Assembly (NCBI GenBank): GCA_036785375.1
Contig: JAWMAR010000058.1
Span: 9,486,001 to 9,547,956 of the forward strand
DNA: 61,956 nt
From: Leucoraja ocellata
Lineage: Eukaryota
Reading direction: 5' to 3'
The notes under the pieces: model-generated
Told to the model about the DNA's origin: nothing
The model's input: the letters and a program-made list of their open reading frames with translations, nothing else
The model's database searches: none
Part shown: positions 1-12,891 of the stretch, one piece after another
Position numbering within the stretch: the first letter of the stretch is position 1
Layout of the letters: each line of letters begins with the position of its first letter
Program-made: the position numbers and the translations under genes

Positions 1-390
1 CATGTGATGCAGCGGTGCCGTAAGGATTGCCGATTTCAGTTCATGACGCGGATAGATCTACATCTCCGAATACAGATTTGAAAAATTCCCTTTTAAGGGG
101 CCTTCTCTTCTATTTCTACTCTCCTCTTTCTCTCTTCCTTTTTTATTTTTTATATACACACTTCACGTTTTTCTACTCTCTGCCATCTATTTTTCCACTT
201 TTTCCCCTTTCTATTGCTTTCTTTTTCTTGATCTGCTTACTTTTTTCTTATAACATAAAACTAGAGGTTGTACATAGAATGGATTACGGTATTACATAGT
301 TGGCACCTAAAATTAGGCGCCACTGTACTGTTTTGTGCTGTATTAACTTCTAATAAAATAAACAAAAACAAAAAAAAAAAAAAAAAAAAA
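1..390 (+). mobile_element. 3' end of a poly(A)-tailed non-LTR retroelement (L1/Tx1-like 3' UTR), inserted into the left TIR of the Tc1 element
   Basis: T/pyrimidine-rich 3' segment, tandem AATAAA at 352-362 and an A-tail at about 361-390 that directly abuts a truncated Tc1 inverted repeat; family assignment is inferred. Confidence 0.6.
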
Positions 391-1836
391 GAAATGTTTG
401 CACTGTAATTAAAAAGAAATAACTGAAATATTACATTTACATTAGTATTCAGACCCTTTACTCAGTACTTTGTTGAGGCAGCGATTACAGCCTCGAGTTT
501 TCTTGGGTTTGACGCCACAAGCTTGGCAAACCTGTATTTGGGTAATTCCTCCCATTCTTCTCTGCAGATCCTCTCAAGCTCTGTCAGATTGAATGGGGAG
601 TGTCGATGCACAGCTATTTTCAGGTCCCTCCAGAGATGTTCGATCGGGCTCAAGTCCGGGCTCTGGCTGGGTCACTCAAGGACATTCACAGACTTCTCAC
701 GAAACCACTCCTGCATTGTCTTGGCTGTGTGCTCAGGGTCGTTGTGATTTTGGAAGGTGAACCTCCGCCCCAGTCTGAGGTCCAGAACGCTCTGGAGCAG
801 GTTTTCATGAAGGATCTCTCTGTACTTTGTTCCGTTCATCTTTCCCTCGACCCTGACTAGTCTCTCAGTTCCTGCCGCTGAAAAACATCCCCACAGCATG
901 ATGCGGTATGATATTGGCCAGGTGATGTGCAGTGCCTGGTTTCCACCAGAGGTGACGTTTGGCACATTCAGGCCAAAGAGTTCAATCTTGGTTTCATCAA
1001 ACCGGAGAATCTTGTTTCTCATGGTCTGAGAGTCCTTTTGGTGCATTTTGGCAAACTCCAAGAGGGCTGTCATGTGCCTTACGGAGTAGTGGCTTCCGTC
1101 TGACCAATCCACCATAAAGGCCTGATTGGTGGAGTGCTGCAGATATTGTTGTCCTTTTGGAAGGTTCTCTCATCTCCACAGAGAAACTCTGGAGCTCTGT
1201 CAGAGTGACCATCGGGTTCTTGGTCACCTCCCTCTCCCAGGGCCTTCCCCGATTGCTCAGTTTGGTTGGGCGGCCAGCACTATGAAGAGTCCTGGTGGTT
1301 ACAAAGTTCTTCCAGTTAAGAATAATGGAGCCCACTGTGCACTTCGGGACCTGCAATGCTGCAGAAATTGTTTTATACCCTTTCCCAGATCTGTGTCTTG
1401 ACAGAATCCTGTCTTTGAGGTCTACGGACAATTCCTTCATCTTCATGGCTTGGTTTTTGCTCTGACATGCACAGTCAACTGTGGGACCTTATATAGACAG
1501 GTGTGTGCCTTTCCAAATCATGTCCAATCAATTTAATTTACCACTAGTGGACTCCAATCAAGTTGTAGAAACATCTCACAATAATCAATAGAAGCAAGAT
1601 GAACCTAAGCTCAATTTTGAGTGTTATAGCAAAGGGTCTGAATACTTATGTAAATGTGATATTTCAGTTATTTCTTTTTAATTGCTTTACAAAAATTTCT
1701 AAACGCCTGTTTTTGCTTCTTAAATCTGGGGTATTGTGTGTAGATTGATGATTTAAAAAAATGAATTTAATCCATTTTAAAATAAGACTGTAGCATAACA
1801 AAATGGAAAAAAAGTGAATACTTTCTGAATGCACTG
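391..1836 (-). mobile_element. Degenerate Tc1/mariner (IR/DR-type) DNA transposon
   Basis: Frameshifted transposase on the - strand: paired-like HTH with GRPTK (997-1446), DETKIELFG, MLWGCF, FQNHNDPEH (672-1115) and SPIEHLW (462-653). The right TIR ends ...GCACTG at 1836, followed by TA. Positions 391-458 are the reverse complement of about 1632-1700. Confidence 0.95.
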
Positions 1837-3584
1837 TATCATAGTGACTGATCTCAGTTTCAGGCTTGTGCTGTTAAGTTTTGGTTGGCTGAAGTTTTCC
1901 CATCTGCCTTTGATTTACTCTAACCGAAAAGGAAGTTGTTACACGTGGGATAACGCAGCTCAACATTGGGGCCCTTATTCTGGAAGAGTTGGCAAGCAGC
2001 CCTCTTTTATAACAGTATCTTTTATAAGGGTAATGTGACAACATGCTTCTCCATTTTGAATTTGTACTTGGAGAGGGGGGGGGGGGGTGGGAGAATTGCC
2101 ATCTGTTTGTTGGCAGCGTCTCTGGCTATCATGTTATGGTCAGGCCTCTCCTAATTCCACACTTCTTTCTCTCACTCCACCCCCAATATCTGAAAATGTG
2201 ACTGTCCAAGTTAATTGTAGGTCAAGCTCTAATTAAATTATTTTATTTTCTGTGCGTGTATATCCAATTATCAGAAGAATGTGTAATGGCTAGCCAAAAT
2301 GTAATTGAATTTCATCTCTGAGGTGCCTAAAATAGTGCCGTGGGGAAGAGAGGAGAAATAAATATAACAGCCACTTGATCAGTAAGACATTTTAAATAAT
2401 TTACAGCTTGAATATTGAATTGTTGATGGTTAAGCTGTTTATTTTAGCAAACTTTAGAGAGAAGTGTATTTTAAAAGCACAAAGTAGTAGCTGTAAGTGG
2501 AGGCTCCTGAAGTGTTCTTGCTAATCAAGTTGATTCGACCTGTTGCAGGTATCAAAATTGGTGACAACAATGAAGCTTTATACACCACCAAAAGTCTCCT
2601 TAAATATCTGAACAATTTGAATGAAATATTTTAGCTATTAAATGTATGTGAACTGTTTTTGAACTGTGCTTTGTAGCTATGTAAAAACGGACAAAATCCT
2701 TTGTCTTTAAAGGGTTTGGTTGTTAACAGCACTGAATAAAGAACCAGAGTTCACTTGGAGTTATAATTGGAATTATAATTAAATATTTAATCCATTATCC
2801 CTGAAACATGCTTCAGGTGTTACGTTCTGCACTGGAATACACCAGCCTTTTTGCTTCATCAGAAAAAATACATTGATTGGTTTCCTAAATGTGTTAAAAG
2901 TAGATTGCTTAAAATGATTGTATCTAAAGTATAATACATAATTAAAGTGAAACTTTAAATTTAAAGTAAATTTCAACCTGTGTGCCTGCTCGTGGTCTGC
3001 TTTTAATTCTACTTTCTAGAATCTGTTCATAGGCTCAGCTTACTTTTACCTAGATCAACATGTTGCCCTTTGGGCTATGAAAAAATGAATGAACAACATA
3101 ATGATATGTAATTAAAGAGTAGCATTAAGAAGTAATTAGTGAATTTTGGGAGTGGCTTATAAAATACACCCTTATGATAACGGAACCAGGAATGAAAATT
3201 AAAAAAAATATCTGCAGATGCTGGTAGTGAAACAAAAACAAATGCTGGAAACTTAACAGGTTACCTAACATCTAAGGAGAAATAAAATCAATGTCCCTGT
3301 CGAGAGACTTTATAGGAATTGGAAAAGTGGATTTTTTTTTTAATTAGACGGGATGGGTGAAGGAATGAATAGTACAGTCTCAACAAAATAATTGCATTGC
3401 ATCTTTTTGTTTAAACTCTTCCTTGTGGCATAATTGGGATATAATGCCTTGGGTTTCCTTCCTCTTTACTGTGGCAATGGAGTCCTTGATATAATACTAC
3501 CATCGCTTTACATTCACTCCCATTGTCATTAGTCTGAAGGTTCTGCACTTGGGAAAGTGGAAGTGTCATTCCTACCCTTTTTAC

Positions 3585-3990
3585 AATCAGAACATTACAA
3601 CACAAGGGCAGGTCCTTCGACCCATAATGTCCGTACTGAACATGTTGGGTTAAATTAATCGCCTCTGCCTGCTCATGATACATATCCCTGTATGTCCACG
3701 TGTCGATCTAAAAGTCTACACCGTTATAGTCTCTGCCTCCATCCCTGGTAGAGCTTTCCAAGCATCCACCTCTCTGAAAAAGCGTGTGTCTTGCAAATCT
3801 TCTTCAAAATGTTGCCCCTATCACCTTAAAGCTATGTGCTTTGGTCTTTGACATTTCCACCCTGGTTCTGACTGACTACCCAATCTATGCCTCTCTTAAT
3901 TCAATATACTTCTATTGTGTATCCCCTCAGCTTTTTATGCTGCAGAGAAAATAACACAAGTCCAACACTCTTCCAAGCAACATTCTGGCA
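3585..3990 (-). mobile_element. CR1-like LINE 3' fragment
   Basis: Resembles the reverse complement of the CR1 ORF2 end and 3' UTR at 33100-33492; boundaries approximate. Confidence 0.6.
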
Positions 3991-4089
3991 TACCTCTTCT
4001 CTATCCTCTCCACCCTCATGTTCTAGTCATAACAACATCATTTCCCACTCGCGTCATCCCTCTGACAACTGTACATCTGCTCGGTTTTC

Positions 4090-5350
4090 TCATTCATGTG
4101 CTGAATTAGCTAAAACCCTCCCAGCCAGCAGTGTCCGACTTCCCCAATAGAAATTGGGCATATACAGGTTTATCTGTAGCATATCCAATTTGTACATATC
4201 CCATCTTACCCAGAAATGGTTCCAGTGATCCAGAAATCTAAAGCCTTCCCTCCTACACCATCTCTTAGACATTCATCTAATCTATCCTCATACTTTGGCG
4301 CTAACATGGGGCACTTTAAGTAATCTAACTGATAATAATATTAATGATTCCTAGCACCTTCTGCAGATGTCTTCCCGATTGCAAGAAACATCTAGAACAT
4401 AGAACATAGAAAAAAGGTGCAGGAGTAGGCCATTCGTCCCTTCCAGCCACACAGCCATTCAATATGATCATGGCTGATCATCCAAAATCTGCTATTTCCC
4501 CATATCCACTTGCTTCAAACCATGCATCAAAATGGATTGTCTTGTTCTGAATTTTGTTCTCTTAATGATGGCCATGACATTCTGCTTAATTGAAAAACAC
4601 ATCTACTCTCCTTCCTGCACCTCGATTCTCTCTGCAGCCTGGGACATTAAATTGCCAGTCCTGTCCCTCCACAGCCATGTTTTTGTAATGGCTCTAATAT
4701 CCTAGTCCCATGTACCTCTCCATGCTCTGAGTTCATTTGCCAAGCTAGTCAGGACTCTTGCATTGAAATAAACACAATTTAATCCCACAGTCTTTCCTCG
4801 CTCCCTGCCGTACTCTTACTTGTCTACTGAACTGGTTGTCATTGACTCGTGTGTCAGCTTGCAGCAATGGCTATTTTGGATCCCATCCCACTGACAATTA
4901 AGTTTCAATCCTACCTAACAGCACTAGCAAATTTGCCCAACAGTATAATGGTCCCCTCCAGTTCAGATGCAACCTGACCTTCTGCCCCAGAAGAGATCTC
5001 AATGCTCCAAAAATCATAATCCCAACCCATTTATCTGTCCTACCCGTTGTTCCATTCCACATTAGCATTGGAAGAAAATAATCACTATCCTTGAGTTCTG
5101 CTTTTTAACCTTTCTCCTAGCTCCCGCAGGAGGGCATTCCGTTTTCTACTTGGGTAATTTGTGCCAATGAGCACAATGACTTCTGACTGCTCACCATCCC
5201 CCTTGAGAATATTTTGAGCCGCTCAAAGACATTTGACCCTAGCACCACGGATGCAACACTTCATGATGGAGTTCAGTTTGTGGCCACAGAATCTCCAGTC
5301 TGTCCCCTAACTAATGAGTCTCCTATCTCAATCGTTCTGTCTCCCTGCCT
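4090..5350 (-). mobile_element. CR1-like LINE ORF1 (esterase-domain) fragments, interrupted by a younger CR1 tail at about 4393-4505
   Basis: ORF 4090-4272 reads WCRREGFRFLDHW..WDMYKLD..LAGR, like the CR1 ORF1 SGNH-esterase C-terminus. A second degenerate copy (LHLNWRGTII..G.FA) is at about 4920-5090. Confidence 0.7.
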
Positions 5351-6509
5351 TCACTCCCTCTCCATCCCATAGTTTATTTTGAAAATTCTAGTTGCTATGA
5401 AATTTTGCTTTTATTGTCTCACGCTTTCCAATACCATTTGATCTCAAAGCATAGACTTGATTGTGATTAAAGTTGTTTTTTTCCTAATTCTGCCTTTCGT
5501 ATTAATGCAGTTTAATCATTTATGGAATGAAATAGGGTGTGTTTACACGCTTTGAAATGGGGAGGGCTGCATGCTTTGGTCCCTTCTGGACAAATGTTGC
5601 TGTTCTTTGAATTTGGAAATGTTCAGCATCACAGATGAACCAAGGGATTCTGCTGGTCTTGCTCTGCTCTATATTTCAAACTGTTAATACAGACACTGCC
5701 TACAAGCAAGAGTAATTGGGATATAATCAACAGGATGCGTCATAGAATTTATTTTGAGGATGGGGTGGTGAACAAGAAAGGATGGATTGTTGTAAGGAAA
5801 AACTTGCAGTTTGCTTCTAGGTAATTAGTAATGTGTAGTATCCGCTGAACTGTCTGCTTTCAGCTGCCTTGTGCCTAGACAGCTGTTCTGCATGCTTGTC
5901 ATTATTCACTCACCTTGAAATAGCAATAAACTAAGCCAGAGCCTTACCTGCCATTTTTCAGGGATCGGCTTACTGTAATGTGAATGATATTTTCTCTCTC
6001 CCTAAGAGTAATGCTGAGCCTTGTAGGTGTTTCAGTTTTGCACTGAGCCCTAATGTAGGACAGGTCAGGTACAGGACCTTCGGGCCATAATGTCCATGCC
6101 AAGCATGATGCCAAGTAAAACTAACCTCCTCTGCCTACTTGTGATCCATATCCTTGCGCACCCTGCATATCCAAGTGCCTTATCTAAAAGCCTCTTAAAT
6201 ATAGATTGTAAGTACGGCCCTAGCTATGCATTCTGTTTCTGTAAGAAGCTGCTAGCGAGTTTGTCTACATCTGCAGTATCCTCACATGTCATGAAATAGA
6301 AGGATTTTATATACAGCTTTCAGTATAAGGTTCCAATGACAAATGGAATAAAATGAGCTTTTCAGTGCTTTCATGAATTTGTATTATTAAACTTTCTTTA
6401 TTTGCTTGTGATGGAAACATTATCTTTCTGAAATATGTTTCTTGCCCTTCTCCAGTTTATCATCTAGAGTAGCGATGAACCAGATTTTAAAACTAATGTC
6501 TATAGTCTA

Positions 6510-6685
6510 ATAGAAACATAGAAAATAGGTGCAGGAGTAGGCCATTCGGCCCTTCGAGCCTGCACCGCCATTCAATATGATCATGGCTGATCATCCAACT
6601 CGGTATCCTGTTCCTGCCTTCTCTCCATACCCCCTGATCCCTTTAGCCACAAGGGCCATATCTAACTCCCTCTTAAATATAGCCA
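6510..6685 (-). mobile_element. Young CR1-like LINE 3' tail
   Basis: Begins with the ATAGAAAC terminal repeat; 5 mismatches in 176 nt against the reverse complement of 25858-26033. Confidence 0.85.
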
Positions 6686-6739
6686 TATTTAGTAATATTA
6701 TAATATTTTTGTAGCTTACAGGTACTATGACAGCACACT

Positions 6740-7140
6740 ATGATACCTGTCTCTGAAAGGACGTCAACCCTTTCTCTCAATTGTTCTGTCTCTACCACAT
6801 CTATTCCCAAGATGAGATTTTCCCCTCCAGGACAACGGAAATGTCATCCTTTGTGGTTTTCCTATTCTTTCCTGTTCCATTTTGAGTTCCTGGTCGCAAG
6901 TCATTTTAACTCCCCTCCATATTCCTCACTGACCAGTCTGTCCTCTGCCTCCTCCATTGCCGGGGTGAGGCCCTCTTTCTTGCCTCTTTATACCAGCTAT
7001 GCCCCCTTTACATTCTTAGTCCTGATGTACGGTCTCATCCTGAAACATTGATCATCCCTCTAACTCCACAGATGCTGACTGACCAGTTGAGCTCCAGCAG
7101 TTTTTATGTGTTCATTCCAGCATCTGCATCTCTTGTATCT
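6740..7140 (+). mobile_element. Old Penelope-like 3' fragment ending in a decayed hammerhead-like repeat
   Basis: Pyrimidine-rich segment followed by CTGATG..GGTCTCATCCTGAAACATTG..GATGCTG..CTCCAGCA, the same layout as the element at 45790-46260. Confidence 0.45.
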
Positions 7141-7864
7141 CAGTATTTTTAAGTAAAATCCTACTGCATGGGGAATCCACTAAACGTGAATGTACGTAGT
7201 CTCCATTTATGTATCATGACATATATTTCCAATTTGCATTATTGGTTTTACTCTGATGGATATCTTCAGATTACAAATTAGTAATAATATTTTGAAACAA
7301 GTTATTTCATAGTGTTGCACTCTTAAATGTAATATTAAATCAACTTAAAGATAGCATACTGTTTTACTATAGGTGGAGATGTTTCTGCAATGGTTTTAGT
7401 AAATGCAAAAAAAGTTATTCTGGTGATCTTACAACCTCATCTGCACCATGTATGGATTAAAATTAACTGTGTGGGTTCCTGTGTCAGGTTCCACATTTTT
7501 AGTTGAGTTGGTGTGTTGTATTTTATATAAATAGATTTTTCTTTTTGCAAGATGCTGAAGTTTGACTGCATTTAAGGAGCCCATTCTTTCCTGCCTGAAA
7601 ACTAAACCCATAAAAAGGGAACCCTGGACATTCTATAGTATCTTTTTTTAATATAGAAAATCGCTCTTGACTTTTACCATCCATTGCTAATATTTTTCAG
7701 AAATTTGTGAATACTATTATTCAGATTCAGAATGAATACATGTACAAGCGTGAACATGTGTATTCATGTACATGTATTCACATGTTTTAACCATTGTCAT
7801 GAAGTAAATATTTAGTGATATATCCATGCAGTAGACATTAACATATTTTTTTCTTTCCCTCAAG

Positions 7865-8188
7865 TGCCAGCACCATCTAAGACCAGTCAAAGCCAGCTTC
7901 AGCCTGCCAACTCTAACAGCGGCACTTCCATAAATACCAGCAACAATAGCAATGCCAAGCGGGACCCAGCCAACACTCAGCAGCAAGCCTTGTCTCGATA
8001 TCCTCCTCGTGAAGTACCGCCACGCTTTCGACACCAGGAGCAAAAGCAACTGCTGAAGAGGGGCCAGCAGCTACCATCAACAGCTGGGACTACAACATCG
8101 GTAATCACAAGCCAAACGGGAAGCAGTGCTGTTACTGTGCAGGCAGTGACCAACGGGCAGCTGCAATATAGCAGCAAACCATTGACAG
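7865..8188 (+). CDS. TNRC6A: TNRC6A coding exon (phase 1-1), VPAPSK...[24 protein letters not shown]...KPLT
   Basis: Acceptor ttctctttccctcaag, donor AG/gtaatc; conserved TNRC6 N-terminal motif. Confidence 0.93.
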
Positions 8189-8871
8189 GTAATCTACAAC
8201 AGAACATGTACATAACAAGGCCTTCAACATAAAGGCAGAGTTTAAAATTCAGCACCATATTGCACCAAATTTGGTCAGTCGGATCATCTCGACCATGCTT
8301 GCTTATTGGAAATATAAAAGCAAAACAATACACAAGCATTAACTTGGAATTAAAAGTGAAATTATGTAATTGTTGCCCAATTGTGTGGAAATTAATGGAG
8401 AAAGAGTTCCTATTTCCGAGTTAACGCCAAACTGTCAAAAAAAAAGATGGAGACAAATCAATATTGAGGATACAGAGAAATGGGGAGGGGAGAAAGATTA
8501 AAAAAGGAAGTGGTATGTCAAAGTGGGAGGCAGAAATGCTGAATTTACAAAAGGAATGATAAAGACATAAGTTCACTTAATTGTACCAACAAACCCATGC
8601 TTCTAATTCCTTACCATTGCTCCTGAAAATACAATCGGAGAAGATGTCCCACTGGTCCTCTTACCCCCTCCCATATCTACAATCTGGTGCCATACACCTT
8701 TTGAAGGTGAAATGGCAATTAATTTTAATCTAGTATACATTTTGTTTTGCTTACATTTCTCCACATTGAGGAGTCCAAACAAAGACTGCTTTGTGGGACA
8801 TCTTCACTTTAAACGATAACTTTATTGAGAATAAAGGCAGTAAATAAATATTAGTTTCAGTTAAGTGCTTC

Positions 8872-8905
8872 CCCCCCCCCCCCCCCCCCCCCCTCCTCCC
8901 CCCCC
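8872..8905. repeat. Poly-C tract
   Basis: About 34 nt of almost pure C. Confidence 0.9.
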
Positions 8906-10048
8906 AATGGCAGAAAAGGACATTTGTAGGAACAGTCTCCTTTACAATCTGGTTTGAACCCAGAGAAGAAGGGTCTCGACCCGAAACGTCACCCATTCCT
9001 TCTCTCCAGAGATGCTGCCAGCATTCTGCCAGCATTCAGGCAAACTTTGGATGGGAGTTCTGTTGAGTGTCTTCTGGTGTCATTGTGTTTTTCAATCAAT
9101 TAAATTTCTGCAGACGAGAGCAACCATTATTCTGATATCTGCAAAGTGCATCTGCAGATTAGGTAGTTGGGATATTTTACTGTGGCTCAAATTTTAACAT
9201 TGGTAAACTAAATCAGAGTCCCCCAAACTAACAGGGCTGCTGCAATGTTTGGCCTAGTGTTCTACAAGTGAGCATTTTGATAGGTGGACGTGGGTATTCT
9301 GTGTCACACAAGGTGTCATCTGCAGTTTTCCAACATTACAGAGAACAAAGAAGAGTTGGAGATAGGATAGGTGGGGGATTGAAGGGAGGATAGCATGTAA
9401 GTGGAAGATGAAGGGAGAATCAGGACTGATGACTACTTTGGAGGAGGCTGATGCAGGGACATACAGTAAGCGATGTTGAGTGGAGGCTGGCTGAGTCTCA
9501 GGAATTTGGACGAGGGTGGACACCAGCGATATGGGGTGAATGGGAGGTGAGATGGGGGGTTGTCGTGAGGTTGTGATGACTGATGGTAAGACCATGAATA
9601 ATGATATAAAGTTAAAGTTTCCAATTACTTGAAGGAAAATGGATGCCTCATTATCCAACACTAACCTCCATAGGGTGGAGCCTTTAATTCCAAAGTAAAC
9701 CTCATCACTGCAGTTAAAATTTGCTTGATTGTTATTGTGGGGGTTATATGGCATGGTAGAATTTTGCATAGGCATTCTCAGGCATTTTTTGTATATTGAT
9801 ACATGTCACTGTGCAGAGCTCTCGACCTCTGAGTGCTATCATCTTTATGTGTTTGGAGATTCCCTCCAAGACAACTGGGATGCCTAGTTCTGGATGATTC
9901 TTTTTCCAAAACATTCACTGATAGTAGTTTACTGAGTAGTTTATTCCTTCTCTGGCTGATCAAAACATTGCTGATATGTTTTCTCCTGGCTCTCCTCCCT
10001 TGTACTCACACCCCCAACCACAGAAGGAAGTGTTCCAGATAAACAAAT

Positions 10049-11189
10049 AGGGTGATTTCACGAAAGGTCACTGGACCGCAAAATTCAACTGGAGGTCATG
10101 CATCACTTCAGGTACATGTTAGTGAATGGGAAAACACGCACTTTCACACCCGTTAAAAACATCGAAAACGGCCAGTGTTTGAGCTGCAATTTCCTGTGTC
10201 AGTCGGGGTGACCGTGAGGCACAGCTACCTAAATTTATAGTCCAAAAGAAAGATAGAAACTAAGGTAAATTCAAGAGGGAGCTGAAGGTGCAAAAACAGC
10301 GGAAGTGCTATCAATGCGTTTTGAAATAAATTTTACTCAGATGCAAGCTAAGGAATGGGATAATTGTCAGCTGTTAGTTGGACAAAATCAGGACATTTTA
10401 TTATTTGCCAAAATATATTTCTCAATGTTTCTTGTTTAAAGCCTGCACAATCACCCAAACTACTTATTTATTTATCATCTAATAACAGACAAGCCTGCAG
10501 CATGGAATGATGTCAACAATCCTGATTGGGCACCCACTGTGAGCAGGATAGACAATGTGCACAAGAACGCCATGCACGTGCAACAAGAAGAGAGTATTAA
10601 AGCAGATTTGGTCGCAGCTACAGATGCTTGAGATGCTTTATTTCAAAACGCATTGATAGTTTACGATTATTTAAATGGTAAATGTAGCTTCAGAAGCGTT
10701 TTCATTTTGCATGTTAAAACCCACCTGAGAACCATGGGCGATTTTGCAATTTTACTGACGGATTTTTCACTTTTAAAACTTTTCATATAACAAATGAATA
10801 AAGATAAAAAAAGTCAATAATGCCTTACTTTTGATGAAATGCAGCGAGCAAATGCGATAATTCCTGATATTTTGGATCTTTAAATCGCCACGACAAATGT
10901 CCGCTAAGCACTTCCGCTGTTTTTGCACCTTCAGCTCCCTCTTGAATTTACCTTAGTTTCTATCTTTCTTTTGGACTGTAAATTTAGGTAGCTGTGCCTC
11001 ACAGTCGCCCCGATTGGCACAGTAAATTGCAGCTCAAAAACTGGCCGTTTTCGATGTTTTTAACGGGTGTGAAAGTGTGTGTTTTCCCATTCACTAACAT
11101 GTACCGGAAGTGACGTATGTCCTCCAGTTGAATTTTGCGGTCACGTGGGTGCGGATCTACGCTCCAGTGACCTTTCGTGAAATCACCCT
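10049..11189. mobile_element. Non-autonomous foldback DNA transposon (ISL2EU/PIF-Harbinger-like) with THAP-domain remnants
   Basis: AGGGTGATTTCACGAAAGG...CCTTTCGTGAAATCACCCT termini flanked by AT on both sides; inverted arms of at least 260 bp. THAP-like peptides RICSLHF (- strand, 10829-11048) and KPAAWNDVNNPDWAPTV (+ strand, 10491-10541). Superfamily is inferred. Confidence 0.85.
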
Positions 11190-12843
11190 ATAGAGGAAGT
11201 CTTTAGAGTTAAATGGTTACGCTTTATTAAACTGGGCTTAGTATTGATTAAGTGCCGCTGATCTACAATATATGATTCCTATCGATTATAACTTTCTTAA
11301 CATCCTTCCCATTCTCCAGCCTATGCCCTATCTTAATAAAAACCCTCCCTTCCCCTGCTATGAGACTTTTTGCAACCAGAATGCAATGCTTCTCATTGAA
11401 TATGCTATTTGCTTTCCTTTATTATAGGATGGGTTGGAGAAATTTTAATGTAAAAATAAAGATAAAGCTTCAGAAAAAACGGGGAATTGTAAAGAAAATA
11501 TTGCAGTGGGATAGAAAAATGAAATAGTCATATGACTCCCAAGTATGAAATATAATAAGGTTAATAGTCATCGAGGTCTTCTATCGATGCGCACTGGTTC
11601 AGGAAGGCGGAAATCTTCCAAAACCCCTTGGTGATTATGTCTAGGACCACTATTTGCTAAATAAAGTAAGGTGCTTTTAAGCGTTCAGCATAATGCTAGA
11701 TACTTTTCTTATCCTCACAACTGATGTATTAACCCCATAGTCAAAGGATAGTTAAAAGAAGAATTGAACGGTCCATGAATTGAAGAATCGCTGAAATTAA
11801 TGCACTGTGTATTAAATTTGAATATGTTATATGACTGTGTTGAAGTTGCAACTACTCAAGACGTTTACTGTGAATTTATTTATTGTTATTGTATTTTCAA
11901 AAATCCTATTTGGGGTCCTTACATTATTCACATGCCCATATGGCTTTTCTAATAGCATAATATCTGTGACTATAACCCACCATGTATGATGAGAGAAAGG
12001 ATTAAGCTTCATAATGGTGGCTATCATAATATCAGTAAATTTCAACGCTCGAAACAGCATTTAAGTACATTTGATGTGTAATTAGACAATACATGCAGGA
12101 GGGCCCTTCGAGCCAGCACCACACAAATTAGAGGTGATTTGTGACAGTTTGGGCATAGCGAGACCACACGACTGGAAATAAAATAACAGGATCATCTGTT
12201 TTTAACACATTGACAATTAAATGTAAGCCAGGGTATGGGGATTGTTTATCGTTGCTCTTTGACCAGTGAATTTCCACAGAAAAGGTAGAGACGGTCTTGT
12301 TTTAATATCTCACCAAAAAGACATGTGCTCTAATTATTTTTATTTATTTATTTTTTTAAATCAGTTCGCCAATTTTCTCACTTGGACAAATCTTATACAG
12401 AGTGTATACAGAGCAGTTAAATGCAGAACCATTATCTGACCTCATTTGGACCGTTTCATTTTGTTTTCCTTTTCATGCAAGAGACATTTTGTAGGTCTTT
12501 AGTGATTTTTGTATCTTGGAATAATGTCTGATTTTTATTGTTGAATAGCTTTTGTTGAGCTTATTCCTGATATATTGTAATTTACACTTGCTTAGTTTTG
12601 CTGCAACATATTGCTAGTTGAGCTGCAATGCAGTGCAGTTTGCACTCTTGGACTGCTTTACCAATTGTTTTATGTGCACTTACAGCTAAATATAACAGAA
12701 ATTACTAGGCAAAGTTTTGCAAGTGTTCCGGTGCCGTTCATTGTTTTAATTATGATGAGTGAGAGAGTATTTTTCTTTCATCAAAAGCCAGCTGAGAGTA
12801 TATTGAACCTTGATGCCTTTGTGGTTCTCTTGCTTTTTCTTAG

Positions 12844-12891
12844 GCATGCCTCCCATTCGGGATTTGGTCAGCCACTCCCCTAACCAGTCAG
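12844..12891 (+). CDS. TNRC6A: Candidate 48-nt TNRC6A microexon, GMPPIRDLVSHSPNQS (phase 1-1)
   Basis: Acceptor ttgctttttcttag, donor AG/gtgaca. Frame-preserving, and its NQS end recreates the NQS-D(I/L)NHS junction I recall from human TNRC6A. Confidence 0.65.

Noticed and set aside
5905-5952. Two strong - strand donor motifs (AGGTGAGT, CAGGTAAG) suggesting antisense exons
   Set aside because: No matching acceptor or ORF support; compatible with chance.
1839-7864. Upstream TNRC6A exons (start codon, KKKK-rich exon, short TEQK exon)
   Set aside because: No convincing match with splice sites was found; they probably lie upstream of the window.
9254-9775. 173-aa - strand ORF
   Set aside because: No recognisable domain or splice support; it probably arises from a purine-rich decayed repeat.
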